29,993 nucleotides of DNA from a virus. Lineage: Duplodnaviria > Caudoviricetes. A model generated the notes under the pieces. The model ran no database searches. It was not told the origin of the DNA and worked only from the letters and a program-made list of their open reading frames with translations. Shown here piece by piece: positions 9,221 through 17,231 of this stretch. How positions within the stretch are numbered: the stretch's first letter is position 1; each line of letters starts with the position of its first letter. The translations under genes and the position numbers were made by a program. The stretch covers positions 1 to 29,993 of the IMG/VR virus record IMGVR_UViG_3300030207_000090. One strand, written 5' to 3'.

Positions 9221-9429
9221 CAAACCTTCTTGGCAAGTTAGATTTGACTGAGATCTTTCGTGACAAGGGTGGGCTACGTAAGTGGTCTGCAAAAAGAACA
9301 ATAGGTGGTGTTATTGTAACATACGCCTTAACTACAATGAACGGCGAAATAACTTGGGGTGGTGTTGTGCTATGCCTTATAGGTGTTATGCCGTTATGCT
9401 TATCATTTCTTGAAGGAAACAAGACCTAG
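9205..9429 (+). CDS. Small two-TM membrane protein (holin-like)
   Basis: KWSAKRTIGG followed by two hydrophobic segments; start is at 9193 or 9205. Confidence 0.5.
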   Translation: MQKQIANLLGKLDLTEIFRDKGGLRKWSAKRTIGGVIVTYALTTMNGEITWGGVVLCLIGVMPLCLSFLEGNKT

Positions 9430-10153
9430 ACTAAAAGGTAACAAGCTGAAAGCGTTTCAGCACCTTACTAAAAAGGAACGGCGAGTCCTCGTAATTGGGG
9501 ACTTGCACGAACCTTTTTGTCTTAAAGGTTACTTAGAGTTCTGTCAAGAAACGTACGCAAAATGGAATTGCAATCAAGTTATCTTTATTGGCGACATAAT
9601 AGACAATCATTACTCAAGCTATCACGAGTCTGATCCTAATGGACTTGGTGGTGGTGAAGAACTAAAGATAGCTATTAAGCGTGTACAGAAATGGCATAAA
9701 GCATTTCCGAAAGCTGACGTATGTATTGGTAATCACGATCGAATAATAATGCGCAAAGCATTTAGTAGTGCAATACCAAGAGAATGGATAAAGTCATACA
9801 ATGAGGTGTTAGGTACTACCTGGAATTGGGTAGAGCGTGTTGTGTATGATGAGGTGCAATATATACACGGTGAAGGTGGCACAGCTCGTACTAAAGCAAA
9901 GAACGATATGCAAAGCAGCGTACAAGGACACATACATACTCAGGCATATACTGAGTGGTTAGTAGGTCGCAACTTCCGAGTGTTTGGTATGCAGGTTGGC
10001 TGTGGTATTGATTGGGAAAGCTATGCAGCAGCATACGCTAGACACTACAAAAAACAAGCAATAGGTTGTGGTGTTGTTATAGGAGGACACACAGCAATTA
10101 ATTGTTTGATGCCACTAGGAAAGACAAAGAAGAAAACAGAATACGTATTATAG
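9383..10153 (+). CDS. Calcineurin-like metallophosphoesterase (true start probably slightly downstream)
   Basis: All five metal-binding motifs present: GDLH, GDIID, GNHD, HG and GHIH. Confidence 0.9.
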   Translation: MLCRYAYHFLKETRPRLKGNKLKAFQHLTKKERRVLVIGDLHEPFCLKGYLEFCQETYAKWNCNQVIFIGDIIDNHYSSYHESDPNGLGGGEELKIAIKRVQKWHKAFPKADVCIGNHDRIIMRKAFSSAIPREWIKSYNEVLGTTWNWVERVVYDEVQYIHGEGGTARTKAKNDMQSSVQGHIHTQAYTEWLVGRNFRVFGMQVGCGIDWESYAAAYARHYKKQAIGCGVVIGGHTAINCLMPLGKTKKKTEYVL

Positions 10154-10155
10154 AC

Positions 10156-10192
10156 GAATCCCAACTACGAAATGACGGCGCAGTTGGGACTC
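10156..10192. terminator. Hairpin between convergent genes (possible bidirectional terminator)
   Basis: gaatcccaactacg / cgcagttgggactc form a 12/14 inverted repeat with a 9-nt loop; no long U-tract. Confidence 0.45.
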
Positions 10193-10215
10193 TTAAAGGA
10201 TATTATGCAAACAAA

Positions 10216-10872
10216 TCAATACCTTTGTTGCCGCAATATATAACTATTTTCTACAGAATCAAGAATTTCTTTGCACAATTCTTCAGGTACTTTGCTGCGC
10301 TCGTAATTATTTTTAAGACCTTGTGTGCCTGTTCTTGAACCACGTGGCGCAGCTTCGTGACACGGCATACCGTTTTTGCACATAGGTCTAGGTTTCCAAA
10401 CGTCTAATACTGCGCTCGTCCAAATGTCAGTTGGCTTCATACGACTATCTCCGTATTGGCAATAAGTTACAGTACGTCTAAAGTATCCATTAGTTTCAAG
10501 TCTTTGCATAAAATCCATCTTCCTCAATAGTCCACGAGGATTCTCAATAAAGAAGTAATGTGGTTTGAAATACTCTATTATATCTATGGCTTTCAAAACA
10601 TATTTGATGCCTTGAATGCAAGCGTCTGTTTTTGGTTGTTTGTCTTTAGTCCAATGATGCGAACACGAAGCAATTGAAAATGTAGTACAAGGTGGACTTG
10701 CCCAAATAACGTCAGGTTTAAAAGGCACTTTGTTTACGTCAAAATCAAGAATGTCTGTTACGTAGTCAATGTTATCGAAATCTTTGTAATCAGTTGTAAA
10801 CGTTTGATGGTTTCGTTCTTTGGCTACCTTGCTAAATGAACAAGATCCTGCAAATAGTTCTAGAATTTTCAT
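10216..10872 (-). CDS. DNA (cytosine-5) methyltransferase, compact orphan type
   Basis: Motif I LELFAG, motif IV ASPPC, motif VI IENP, YCQYG and a KPTDIW segment; the only credible minus-strand gene. Confidence 0.9.
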   Translation of the reverse strand: MKILELFAGSCSFSKVAKERNHQTFTTDYKDFDNIDYVTDILDFDVNKVPFKPDVIWASPPCTTFSIASCSHHWTKDKQPKTDACIQGIKYVLKAIDIIEYFKPHYFFIENPRGLLRKMDFMQRLETNGYFRRTVTYCQYGDSRMKPTDIWTSAVLDVWKPRPMCKNGMPCHEAAPRGSRTGTQGLKNNYERSKVPEELCKEILDSVENSYILRQQRY

Positions 10873-10892
10873 AGTATTAGATTTGTTTGCAG

Positions 10893-10926
10893 CAAATTTA
10901 TAACAATTATTTTACATTATTGCATA
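10893..10926 (-). promoter_or_regulatory. Bacteroidota-type housekeeping promoter for the MTase
   Basis: Minus-strand TAAATTTG (plus-strand caaattta, 10893-10900) is a perfect TAnnTTTG -7 element, with a weak -33 element (TATG) about 22 nt upstream. Confidence 0.6.
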
Positions 10927-10954
10927 ATTTTATTTTTGTTTTTATATAAATTTA

Positions 10955-10986
10955 TTTGCTTTATAGGATTTAGTATTCTAAATTAG
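10955..10986 (+). promoter_or_regulatory. Bacteroidota-type housekeeping promoter for the early genes
   Basis: TTTG (10955-10958), a 20-nt spacer, then TAAATTAG (10979-10986, one mismatch to TAnnTTTG), in an AT-rich divergent gap. Confidence 0.55.
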
Positions 10987-10990
10987 CCGT

Positions 10991-11335
10991 ATGTTAAACA
11001 AATCAAAACCCATAATGGACACTCTTACCGAAACACAACCACCAAGTTCACACGCTTCAATAAGCCAAATGTGCTTAGACGAGTTAGAATATAGGCTGCA
11101 TAGCTTAGAAGGTTACTCAACACAGGACGTAACAAGTTCTAATGACGCTTGCTATTCGTTGCAAGTATGGATAACAAAAGAACTGTCAGTCTTTATATAC
11201 GTTCCGAATTGTGAAATCGCTACGGAGGAAGAAGACTTTGACACCTATGTTGTGCAAAACGAAGAATTAGAATACGTTTACGAAGCTAACACAATCCGAG
11301 AAATTGTTGAATACCTTAACTTTTTAACTAAGTAA
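10991..11335 (+). CDS. Acidic hypothetical early protein
   Basis: First ORF after the early promoter, followed by a terminator; start is at 10991 or 11015. Confidence 0.6.
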   Translation: MLNKSKPIMDTLTETQPPSSHASISQMCLDELEYRLHSLEGYSTQDVTSSNDACYSLQVWITKELSVFIYVPNCEIATEEEDFDTYVVQNEELEYVYEANTIREIVEYLNFLTK

Positions 11336-11341
11336 AAACCC

Positions 11342-11367
11342 AAAGGGGCGCAAGTGCGCCCTTTTTT
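11342..11367 (+). terminator. Rho-independent terminator
   Basis: aaaggggcgc-aagt-gcgccctttttt: GC-rich stem plus T-tract after the 11335 stop. Confidence 0.85.
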
Positions 11368-11368
11368 A

Positions 11369-11524
11369 ATGACATACAAAATGACTTTAGACGAATTAAT
11401 TAAAGACGCTGAGTGGAATATACAATACCACCAAAAGCGACTCAAGGAAGAGCAAACAAAGCTAGACGCATACTACATAGCACGTGATGCAAAAGCTGAC
11501 AATCCATACAGCAATGAAAAGTAG
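11369..11524 (+). CDS. Small coiled-coil hypothetical protein (51 aa; not in the ORF track)
   Basis: MTYKMTLDELIKDAEWNIQYHQKRLKEEQTKLDAYYIARDAKADNPYSNEK fills the gap and overlaps the next start. Confidence 0.5.
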   Translation: MTYKMTLDELIKDAEWNIQYHQKRLKEEQTKLDAYYIARDAKADNPYSNEK

Positions 11525-11855
11525 TATTAGAGAAGAATTATCGGAGTACATAACCGAACACGCAACTGATTTGGATTTGTATATGACAGATGAAGTCGAT
11601 TTGCACCACAGGTTATTTAATGAAGATTATTATATAATAGGTTATTATCAAGCTGAACAATGGCTAGAACGTCACGGCTTGTCTGTGTTCTCTGCCATTA
11701 GTATATGCAATGATTATGAGCAATGTCATTTTGGAGAAATAAATACTTCATTTGATAACGCTGAAAAGCTAGTCAATAACTTGGTTTATTGGTATGGCTA
11801 TGATTTAGTTAACGAATTGTACGAATCATTAAAAGAAATGCAAGATGGACATTAA
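11514..11855 (+). CDS. Acidic early protein, possible Ocr-like DNA mimic (anti-restriction)
   Basis: About 113 aa, acidic and helical; DLHHRLFNEDYYIIGYYQA loosely resembles the DLH...HYYAD segment of T7 Ocr; early-region position. Confidence 0.45.
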   Translation: MKSSIREELSEYITEHATDLDLYMTDEVDLHHRLFNEDYYIIGYYQAEQWLERHGLSVFSAISICNDYEQCHFGEINTSFDNAEKLVNNLVYWYGYDLVNELYESLKEMQDGH

Positions 11856-12018
11856 AAAAACAACATACCCTGAGCAACGATTCTCTAGCCACAAGGAGTG
11901 GCGAGATTGGTTGACAAAACAAGAGTTTGACGCAACAGCTAAATTCGAAGCTGACTTTATGCGTATTTGGTCTGACTTTAAGCAATCAATAGTTGCTGCA
12001 AGAACAAAGAAATTATGA
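11845..12018 (+). CDS. Small hypothetical protein (57 aa; not in the ORF track)
   Basis: MDIKKTTYPEQRFSSHKEWRDWL...; ATGA overlap with the next gene. Confidence 0.55.
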   Translation: MDIKKTTYPEQRFSSHKEWRDWLTKQEFDATAKFEADFMRIWSDFKQSIVAARTKKL

Positions 12019-12218
12019 CTGTATATCCAAACTACTTTTGTATTGTAGTCCATCTTCCCGGTTTCTCTAAAACATTCTACACTTCATATTGGAAAGAAGC
12101 TGATACTAAGAAACAGCTTGAAGAATATCTTGACGAGTTATCAGATATGGGTTACGTAATTGGCGACGTTTTAACACAAGAAGAAGCAAGACTAAAATAT
12201 GAGCAACGAAATAAATGA
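12015..12218 (+). CDS. Hypothetical protein
   Basis: 67 aa ORF translationally coupled to its neighbours. Confidence 0.55.
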   Translation: MTVYPNYFCIVVHLPGFSKTFYTSYWKEADTKKQLEEYLDELSDMGYVIGDVLTQEEARLKYEQRNK

Positions 12219-12648
12219 CTACTTCGGCTATTCTTTCGAACAAGTAAAAGGTGAAAGTTTAGACCTTTACGGCTGCGTATTGACAGCACCCGGACTAACT
12301 GCTGAGGATCTTCACAAGACATACGAAAAGCGTATAACTTTATTATGTAATGGAAGGTATTATGGATTTGCAGGAATTGTTTCTGCAATAACTTTTGTTC
12401 TGAAAAAAGAAAAGCAGAACAAAATTACAGACATAACTTGGTGGGGTGATTCGGAAGCGTTGAATTTTAAGAAACTATTATTTGCGCTCACTGGTGCAGA
12501 CGTTGACGACATATTGTGGTCGAAGAAAGACAACGAAGTTTGGAAGACAAGACTAGCTAAAAAACAATACCTTTCAAGGTCGTCAGGCGTAACGTTATCA
12601 CGCTCAATTAACAAATATAAAATTATATGTAAACCTTTAATTTATTAA
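12199..12648 (+). CDS. Hypothetical protein
   Basis: 149 aa ORF tiling the early operon; no family recognised. Confidence 0.6.
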   Translation: MSNEINDYFGYSFEQVKGESLDLYGCVLTAPGLTAEDLHKTYEKRITLLCNGRYYGFAGIVSAITFVLKKEKQNKITDITWWGDSEALNFKKLLFALTGADVDDILWSKKDNEVWKTRLAKKQYLSRSSGVTLSRSINKYKIICKPLIY

Positions 12649-12650
12649 AA

Positions 12651-13136
12651 ATGCAATACAAACGCAGCAAAATTAAATCAATCCAAGCTAATGGAACTTG
12701 GGAAACTAGGGACGGTAAAACTATGTATCAGTCCGAAGTAGAATTAGAAGATGGAACAACAGGTGAAGTTAACGCAACAACACCTGACCGTTGGAACGTT
12801 GGTGACGAAGTTGACTATGAAGTCAAAGACGGCAAGTATGGTAACAAATTAAAGCTGTCTAAACCACGTGACGGATTTAGTTGGGCAAACAATTCTGACA
12901 GCTCAAGCAATAGTGTAACACGTTTCGAGAATCGTGATGAACGCAGACAGCATTTAATTATGAATCAATGGGCAATTAAAACAGCAATAGAAACTGAAAT
13001 GAATTTATCACCACCGGATAAATTTGAATTGCGTAATGCAATAGCAGTAGCGAAGTTGTTGAAGCAGTACGCTCTTGATTTAGAAAACGTAGATTGCAGT
13101 CTGCAAGCAGAGCAACCTGTTGAAATGCCTTTTTAA
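12651..13136 (+). CDS. Putative single-stranded DNA-binding protein
   Basis: OB-fold-like beta N-terminus (WNVGDEVDYEV), low-complexity linker and an acidic tail ending EMPF as in SSBs. Confidence 0.55.
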   Translation: MQYKRSKIKSIQANGTWETRDGKTMYQSEVELEDGTTGEVNATTPDRWNVGDEVDYEVKDGKYGNKLKLSKPRDGFSWANNSDSSSNSVTRFENRDERRQHLIMNQWAIKTAIETEMNLSPPDKFELRNAIAVAKLLKQYALDLENVDCSLQAEQPVEMPF

Positions 13137-13138
13137 CT

Positions 13139-13237
13139 ATGAATTCAGAAGAATTTGAATGCTACCTAATCAACATATTGGATAGCGATGAATTAACAGA
13201 TAATGAAAAAGTAGAGCTAATTAGACAACAATTTTGA
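13139..13237 (+). CDS. Tiny acidic hypothetical protein (32 aa)
   Basis: MNSEEFECYLINILDSDELTDNEKVELIRQQF fills the intergenic space almost exactly. Confidence 0.4.
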   Translation: MNSEEFECYLINILDSDELTDNEKVELIRQQF

Positions 13238-13239
13238 TT

Positions 13240-13464
13240 ATGAATAGAAAATCAGATCTACACGAGTTCATAGGCAAGCACTATGGCACTCAGGCAAGAA
13301 TGGCTAGAGATTTAGGTATAACACCTGCTACAATACGTGGGTGGATTACAAAGAATCCTAGAGGTATCTTAAAACATACGCCTGAGATTGTAAAAGATAA
13401 GAACGTTACGGCTTCACAAATAGTTTGGGAAGTTATGGCGCACGAAGAAGCGTTACAATCGTAA
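13240..13464 (+). CDS. Cro-like helix-turn-helix regulator
   Basis: HTH signature TQARMARDLGITPATIRGW; upstream of the replication initiator. Confidence 0.75.
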   Translation: MNRKSDLHEFIGKHYGTQARMARDLGITPATIRGWITKNPRGILKHTPEIVKDKNVTASQIVWEVMAHEEALQS

Positions 13465-14144
13465 TGGACTACTTTGCTTTTAGTAAAGAAGATGCAGAAC
13501 AATACGGAGTGGAAGCAGCAGTAATGCTGCACCACATCCGGTATTGGGTAGCAAAGAATGAAGCTAATGACAAGAACTTTTTTGAAGAAAAGTATTGGAC
13601 GTTTAACAGCACTACAGCGTTTTCAAAGTTGTTTCCGTTTTGGTCTGCAAGAAAGATCGGACGACTACTGACAAAGCTAGAAGAAGATGGTGCTATAATT
13701 AGCAGTCGTTTTAATAAGCAGAAGTACGACAGGACTAAATGGTACACTTTGGGAAATGCAATTACCAAAATTGGTATAACGCATTCGTCAGATTTGGTAA
13801 ATGGTATGACCGGATTCGAGCAACCTATACCAAATAACAAACAGAGTACAACTACAATTGATAACATTATATATCCATTTGACACTATTGAATTTAAAGA
13901 ACGCTGGAAATTATGGAAGCAGTATAAGAAAGAACAGCATAAATTTAACTACAAATCTAAAGTGTCAGAACAAGCTGCACTAAAACGACTATCAGAACTA
14001 TCTAATCAAGATGAAGCAACAGCAAAAGAACTTATCAATTACGCAATTGCGCAAGGGTGGAAAGGATTCTATAAGCCAAACAAGACAAGAGGAACTAAAA
14101 ACTTCGACGCTGAAAAGTTTAGCAGTTATATCGAGTCGCTCTAA
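13464..14144 (+). CDS. Replication initiator (replisome organiser)
   Basis: N-terminal winged helix (WTFNS....LFPFWS...L..LEE.G.I...FNK..YDRTKWY) and C-terminal W..WK.YKKE...AI.QGWKGF domain. Confidence 0.8.
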   Translation: MDYFAFSKEDAEQYGVEAAVMLHHIRYWVAKNEANDKNFFEEKYWTFNSTTAFSKLFPFWSARKIGRLLTKLEEDGAIISSRFNKQKYDRTKWYTLGNAITKIGITHSSDLVNGMTGFEQPIPNNKQSTTTIDNIIYPFDTIEFKERWKLWKQYKKEQHKFNYKSKVSEQAALKRLSELSNQDEATAKELINYAIAQGWKGFYKPNKTRGTKNFDAEKFSSYIESL

Positions 14145-14145
14145 A

Positions 14146-14670
14146 ATGACACCGGCTCAGGCTTGGGAATATGGCACAAACGTACAGACAGCATATAAGT
14201 ATTGCAAGAAAGAAACGTTTGTTGCGCTTACGGCAATGTTAAAAAGCACGTTAGATTATCTTGACTACAACAAGACGATACGTGAAACAGAACATATAAT
14301 AGAAGCAGTAGAATATTTAATAGAATGGTTTCCTGCTATGAAGCTCGAAGAATGGCGTTGTATAATGATGAACTTTAAGACCGGTAAGTACGGCGTTCAA
14401 TATGAACGTCTTATGTTGCCTGAAATAGTAGAAGCGTTTAAGCAATTCGAAGGTGAAAGAGCAGAGCGTATGGAAAGACATATACAACGCAATAAAGATA
14501 TTGAGCAACCTGAGTTCTCAGACGAGCAGCGTGACATATTCAAACGACTAATTAAGGATCTTAATTTGCCGGAAGATGATACTGACGACAAAGGACGTTG
14601 GAAGTTTATACAATACCCTAGCTATGACGGAAGCACAGACGATACAATGGCTGAACAGCCGGAAGAATAG
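14146..14670 (+). CDS. Hypothetical replication-associated protein (helicase loader position)
   Basis: Helical protein directly after the initiator, with a GKYG..YERL motif; ATG 14146 is preferred over 14011. Confidence 0.5.
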   Translation: MTPAQAWEYGTNVQTAYKYCKKETFVALTAMLKSTLDYLDYNKTIRETEHIIEAVEYLIEWFPAMKLEEWRCIMMNFKTGKYGVQYERLMLPEIVEAFKQFEGERAERMERHIQRNKDIEQPEFSDEQRDIFKRLIKDLNLPEDDTDDKGRWKFIQYPSYDGSTDDTMAEQPEE

Positions 14671-15037
14671 TACTGCTAAACTAAGATTAGTTAACGATCC
14701 TTACAGCACATACGATGCTGAGGACTCTGAGCGCATAGTAGAAATTAAGAATAGGAATAAATACTATGCTGAAAAAACAATTGAGTGTTCTAAGTTATTT
14801 GCAAACTATCAGAAGTCACAACTAAAAAATAAGACTTTTTTATATGTAGTCATTGACACAAAAGGTTTGTACGTATTTAATATATCTGACATTATAGGAA
14901 TGATTACTGTACAGCCACCGGTAGCTATACAAATGCCAAGAACAACAGCGTTTAAAAAGAAAAGAAAAATAATAAAGTACGTCTATAATCTAGCAGAAAA
15001 ACTTTGTTGTTATTATGCTGCAAGAATAGACGAATGA
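14624..15037 (+). CDS. PD-(D/E)XK-fold nuclease-like protein
   Basis: YDA....IVEIKNR catalytic-type motif. Confidence 0.6.
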   Translation: MTEAQTIQWLNSRKNSTAKLRLVNDPYSTYDAEDSERIVEIKNRNKYYAEKTIECSKLFANYQKSQLKNKTFLYVVIDTKGLYVFNISDIIGMITVQPPVAIQMPRTTAFKKKRKIIKYVYNLAEKLCCYYAARIDE

Positions 15038-15052
15038 CAATAGCTTATATTA
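15026..15052 (+). promoter_or_regulatory. Putative phage late promoter (copy 4, variant)
   Basis: ATAGAC gaatgacaatagc TTATATTA, same spacing as the other copies, heading the long gapless run of NinG, sigma, modification, terminase and tail genes. Confidence 0.45.
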
Positions 15053-15058
15053 GTCTTT

Positions 15059-15190
15059 ATGGAAGGACTAATAATTGCTATAATATTAATTGCGTTCGTA
15101 GATATAGGCGTTGAGTATTATCTGTATCAAGGTGTAAGAGTTAACGAGTGTATTATTGCTGCACTAGCTTTATTATACTTATGCCTGTAA
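15059..15190 (+). CDS. Small two-TM membrane protein (43 aa; not in the ORF track)
   Basis: MEGLIIAIILIAFVDIGVEYYLYQGVRVNECIIAALALLYLCL. Confidence 0.5.
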   Translation: MEGLIIAIILIAFVDIGVEYYLYQGVRVNECIIAALALLYLCL

Positions 15191-15570
15191 AAAGATCGAC
15201 ACTAGTTAAAAAGCTAGACAAAGTATTCAGTCAATACATACGCTTGAAAGACGCAGACCATAGAGGTATGGTAGAGTGTTACACTTGTGGTGCAGTAAAG
15301 AATTGGCGTGAGGTAGATGCAGGACACTTTCAGTCACGTGGCAAGTATATGACAAGGTGGAACGAGCAAAACGTAAAGCCACAATGCAAACGTTGTAACG
15401 GCTTCCGATCAGGTGAGCAATATATTTTCGGTCTAAACTTAGACAAAGAATATGGTGACGGCACAGCACAAGACCTGGTGTATATGAGCAATCAGTCAGC
15501 TAGGTTTACTAACGACTACCTGTTAGAAAAAATAAAACACTACGAAAAATTAGTAAAAAAACTTTTGTAG
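15181..15570 (+). CDS. ninG: NinG/Rap-like HNH recombination endonuclease
   Basis: LDKVFSQYIR, CYTCG, DAGHF.SR and RW.E.NV..QC..CN motifs. Confidence 0.85.
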   Translation: MPVKRSTLVKKLDKVFSQYIRLKDADHRGMVECYTCGAVKNWREVDAGHFQSRGKYMTRWNEQNVKPQCKRCNGFRSGEQYIFGLNLDKEYGDGTAQDLVYMSNQSARFTNDYLLEKIKHYEKLVKKLL

Positions 15571-15572
15571 CA

Positions 15573-16118
15573 TTGAGTGTGGTACAGAAGTACATACGAG
15601 AAAACTACGAATCAATAGTTGAGATTGCTAAGGTTATAACACAAGGACGCAAGCCTGACTATGAAGATCTTGCGCACGAAGTTATACTGAGTGTACTTAC
15701 CGGCAACAGAGATAAAATGAACTTGTTGGTAAAAAAGAATCAGATGCGGTATTGGATAATACGACTCTGCATTAATAACTACAGATCAAACACTAGCCGT
15801 TATCACTATAAATACAGGAAGCCAAATGAACGACATCTAAAAGCTAAAGAGCATTTGAATTATATAAAGAAGCTCGATGAAGTGCAAGAAAAAAAGTGGA
15901 ATGAAGTATTGCTTAACTTTATAGAAGAAAAGCTACAAGACGTAGATTGGTTTGAAAAGAATTGTTTTGCTATATATTACGGTGACAAACATTCGCTCAA
16001 TAGTATGGCAAAAGAAACAGGTATTAGTCGCAACACATTGTATCGTGCTATAAGTGACGTAAGAAATTACATAAAGAATGAAATCAAAAAGCAAAGGTTT
16101 AGGAGATACAATAGCTAA
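15573..16118 (+). CDS. Phage sigma-70/ECF-like transcription factor
   Basis: Region-2-like EDLAHEVIL...YWIIR...N segment and region-4 HTH SLNSMAKETGISRNTLYRAI. Confidence 0.7.
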   Translation: MSVVQKYIRENYESIVEIAKVITQGRKPDYEDLAHEVILSVLTGNRDKMNLLVKKNQMRYWIIRLCINNYRSNTSRYHYKYRKPNERHLKAKEHLNYIKKLDEVQEKKWNEVLLNFIEEKLQDVDWFEKNCFAIYYGDKHSLNSMAKETGISRNTLYRAISDVRNYIKNEIKKQRFRRYNS

Positions 16119-16470
16119 AGTAACGAAGGCAACAGGAGTAGAGAAGATAGTTAAAACTTTCTTCGGTGACGACTGTGGTTGCGATAAGCGACAAGAACGT
16201 TTGAATAAAATGTTTCCGTATCGTACAATAAACGATATGACGCAACAACAAATAAAGTTCTTCCAGGACGTATTACAACCTGCATACAGACACGGTGTTT
16301 TAGGAAAAGAAAACAGGAAAGAGTTTTATGCTTTATACGAATCAGTATTTCAAAAAAAAATGAAACAAACAAGCTGTTCTTCCTGCAATAAAAATATGTA
16401 TGTAGAACTACTAAAAGTTTACGAAGCAAGTTGTAATAAAAATATAGACGATGGCACACAGAAAAGCTAA
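16078..16470 (+). CDS. Conserved Cys-rich phage hypothetical protein
   Basis: KGLGDTI.KVTKATG, DCGCD.RQE.LN..FPY and CSSC motifs, typical of flavobacterial phages. Confidence 0.7.
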   Translation: MKSKSKGLGDTIAKVTKATGVEKIVKTFFGDDCGCDKRQERLNKMFPYRTINDMTQQQIKFFQDVLQPAYRHGVLGKENRKEFYALYESVFQKKMKQTSCSSCNKNMYVELLKVYEASCNKNIDDGTQKS

Positions 16471-16741
16471 AAAGCATTTAATGCAATGTGATGATTTCAT
16501 ATTAATCTCACGACACAAAAACGTACTACAAATAGACGTAGCTAATAACAATAGTCCGAACATAATTGCTGATTTGGCTGTTGCTAATAAACACTTTGAA
16601 ACATTATTAAGAGAAATTGTAAGAGTATTAGACAATGAAAACGAAAGCAAAACTAACACCGATCAACCAAGTGAAGGTGGATCAGAACAATCCGAGAACG
16701 CTGAGCAAGGAACAATTCAAGAAGCTGAAACAATCAATTGA
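16451..16741 (+). CDS. Hypothetical protein
   Basis: 96 aa ORF overlapping both neighbours. Confidence 0.5.
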   Translation: MAHRKAKKHLMQCDDFILISRHKNVLQIDVANNNSPNIIADLAVANKHFETLLREIVRVLDNENESKTNTDQPSEGGSEQSENAEQGTIQEAETIN

Positions 16742-17231
16742 GAACTTCCCTGAAATGTTAGAGGTGCGACCTTTAGTTGTAGCTGACGGCGTAGTAGTTG
16801 GTGGTAATATGCGACTACGTGCGCTGCAAGATCTCGGATATAAAGAAGTACCTGTTATAGACGTAACAGAATGGACTCAGGCACAGCGTGATGAGTTTAT
16901 GATTAAAGACAACGTATCATTTGGTGATTGGGATTGGGACGTATTAGCTAATGAGTGGGAGGTAGATCAACTTAAAGATTGGGGACTATACGTACCGAAG
17001 TGGGACACGACAGAGTTTAACAGCGAAATCGAGGACACAGGCGAGTACGACTATCCGGAAGAAGTACACACACAAGCAGGTGTTAGAATGGTGCAGTTGT
17101 TTTTAGATACTACTACTGAGCCAAACATAAAGGAATGGGAATTAGCATTGCGTGAGTCTTACGGCACAGATAATTTAACAGACACTATCTACCAAGCTGT
17201 TAAAGAAGCATATTACAATAAGTATGGCTAA
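16635..17231 (+). CDS. ParB/Srx-like N-terminal domain protein
   Basis: NNPR, RPLVV, GGNMRLRA and IKDN...GDWD motifs. Confidence 0.88.
   Translation: MKTKAKLTPINQVKVDQNNPRTLSKEQFKKLKQSIENFPEMLEVRPLVVADGVVVGGNMRLRALQDLGYKEVPVIDVTEWTQAQRDEFMIKDNVSFGDWDWDVLANEWEVDQLKDWGLYVPKWDTTEFNSEIEDTGEYDYPEEVHTQAGVRMVQLFLDTTTEPNIKEWELALRESYGTDNLTDTIYQAVKEAYYNKYG

Noticed and set aside
10102-10338. 78-aa plus-strand ORF
   Set aside because: It overlaps the phosphoesterase end, the hairpin and the antisense MTase, and has no motif support.
13240-13464. Cro-like HTH as evidence of a lysogeny module
   Set aside because: No integrase, CI-like repressor or att-like site was seen, and the ParB-like gene lacks a ParA partner and sits in the packaging operon.
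16352-16360. A9 tract in the Cys-rich hypothetical gene
   Set aside because: It encodes Gln-Lys-Lys-Met mid-domain in an A-rich genome, with no domain boundary or useful alternative product evident.
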